Shown piece by piece: positions 62,521 through 64,000 of a DNA stretch of 64,000 nt. A program made the translations under genes and the position numbers. Positions within the stretch are counted from its first letter, which is position 1, and each line of letters opens with the position of its first letter. The notes beneath the pieces were generated by a model that had not been told where the DNA came from, did not search any database, and was given only the letters and a program-made list of their open reading frames with translations. This DNA comes from Lama guanicoe (taxonomy: Eukaryota), in contig MU053216.1 of assembly GCA_013239625.1 (NCBI GenBank), forward strand, positions 932,001-996,000, in the 5' to 3' direction.

Positions 62521-64000
62521 TGAAGGGTGAGCCCGGAAGCGGAGAAATGGGGGCACAGAGCGGCCCAAATCTGTACTCTCACCCGGCCAGTGAAGCCTGG
62601 AGTCTGAACTCCCAGACCAACCTCCCAGCTGCGAAGGGCTGTCCCTGCACGGGGCCGGGGGGTAGTCCAGGACAGGCCGGGCCAGCTCCGCCTTGCCCAC
62701 CTTGGCAGCGCATGTCTGTCCCTGGCTTCGGCCTCCTCCCCCCCACCCACCCAGGCACCTGCCTGGGAGGTCTGGGCTGTGTCGGGGCGTCTGGCCTCAG
62801 AGCCGGGCTCTCTTTCTCTCCGAGAGCAACATCTCCCCAGCAGCGGGCCTGGGTGCGGCGTCCCTCCATGGGGGTGGCCGTACGTCCCCGTCCTGCCCAC
62901 GCCCACGGGAACGGCTGGGGCCAGGGCACATCTTGTGGACCTAGCCCCTCCTGGGCCTGCTGACTGCTCCCTGGGCCCGAGCCTCTGCCTTGGCTGTGAT
63001 GCCGGCGGTCGGCCCCAGCGCTGTTCACTGGGGAACTTCAGAAGCCCGGAAGGGGCTGGGTGTGGCTGGCGAGGACCCAGGCGGAAGGGTGTTGCCGGGG
63101 GCACATGAGCCTCCTCACCCTTCATCACCAGCACCCAAGGGGCCTTTGTCCAGACCTGAAGGACGCCAGGCCCCGGGGAGCCCTGGACCAGCTGGGAGGC
63201 CCATCACAGCCCCCGGGCGGGGCCCTGCAGTCTGTTTACTCAGCCGCCTCCTCCCCAGGCGGTGCCTGCGGGGAGCAGGGCTTTGTCTGTCTTTGGCAGA
63301 TGGCAAGTTCTGGGTGAGCGACCCGACGACGCTGAAAGATCCCCCTGTCCAAAACGGGTTTCCCTTCTCTTCTGACGCCGAGTCCACTGGGACAGTTGCG
63401 ATGGTTTGAAGGGTGAGAAAATGCCTCGTGAAGCTGGGACGCTACACACTCAGAGGTGACTGTTATTAGCGTCTCCAGGGAGCTGGGAGAGGACACGCTC
63501 ACCTCCAGGTGGGTGGGAAGGCCGCCCACCAGCTCGTTACCCAGAGTGATGGTCTCCGCTGCATGGCCTGGAGATAATGTTTCTTGGGGCTTTGAAAACA
63601 ACCAGCTCATTTGATCTTCGCCACCTCCTGGAGCAGAGAGGATCCTCTCTCACTTTGTGGATAAAGAGACTGAGAATCCAGAGACATTTGGTAATTTGCT
63701 CAAAATCACACAGCGCTTGCCTTGTGTTGGATCAGAATCCGGATCTGTGGGCTGAGAATTGGCTGGGGTGGAGCAGCGAGAAGATACTGACGGAGCCTGG
63801 AGAAGCTGGCCGCCCGGAGGGGCAGGAAGCAAACACTGAGATGGGCCTGGGGTCAGGGTTTGGGAGCTGCACGTCCCTGCCTGGGTGGCTGAGGGTGGTG
63901 ACTGGGCTGTAATTACGTCAGTCGTGGCTAATGTGGGCCTGGACTCTGCTGGGCGCATGGTCAGAGCTGGGAATAATTCAGTTAATAAAACAGCAGAGGG

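Noticed and set aside
56000..64000. TNNI1 or other gene exons downstream of PHLDA3
   Set aside because: No troponin I-like or other recognisable peptide appears in the ORF track. From recalled synteny, TNNI1 should lie beyond the window.

Overview
Mammalian, GC-rich genomic DNA. It is most likely camelid, because it carries two vic-1-like tRNA-derived SINEs. The window holds two protein-coding genes on the + strand. (1) CSRP1 (cysteine and glycine-rich protein 1) is complete: a non-coding exon 1 in a CpG island ends at 19531, five coding exons (29506-29617, 34331-34499, 35328-35457, 37990-38083, 38576-38652) splice to a 193-aa two-LIM protein, and an AATAAA lies at 39605. (2) PHLDA3 has a single coding exon (53230-53598, 122 aa, PH domain), a CpG-island promoter with a p53-RE-like motif, a 140-N gap in the 5' UTR, and an intron in the 3' UTR (53661-55001). 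The rest is intergenic or intronic DNA with L1, L2, MIR, ERV1/ERVL/MaLR LTRs, hAT MITEs and tandem repeats. Repeat family names come from recall of consensus sequences, not from a search. I found no evidence for a new biological system; this is the known CSRP1-PHLDA3 syntenic block. The most interesting details are several intronic SRF CArG boxes in CSRP1, an in-frame alternative donor that would shorten LIM2, a PHLDA3 3'-UTR intron 62 nt past the stop codon, an apparently missing PHLDA3 poly(A) hexamer, an L-to-Q change in the PHLDA3 PH motif, and a 170-bp tandem duplication inside an LTR.
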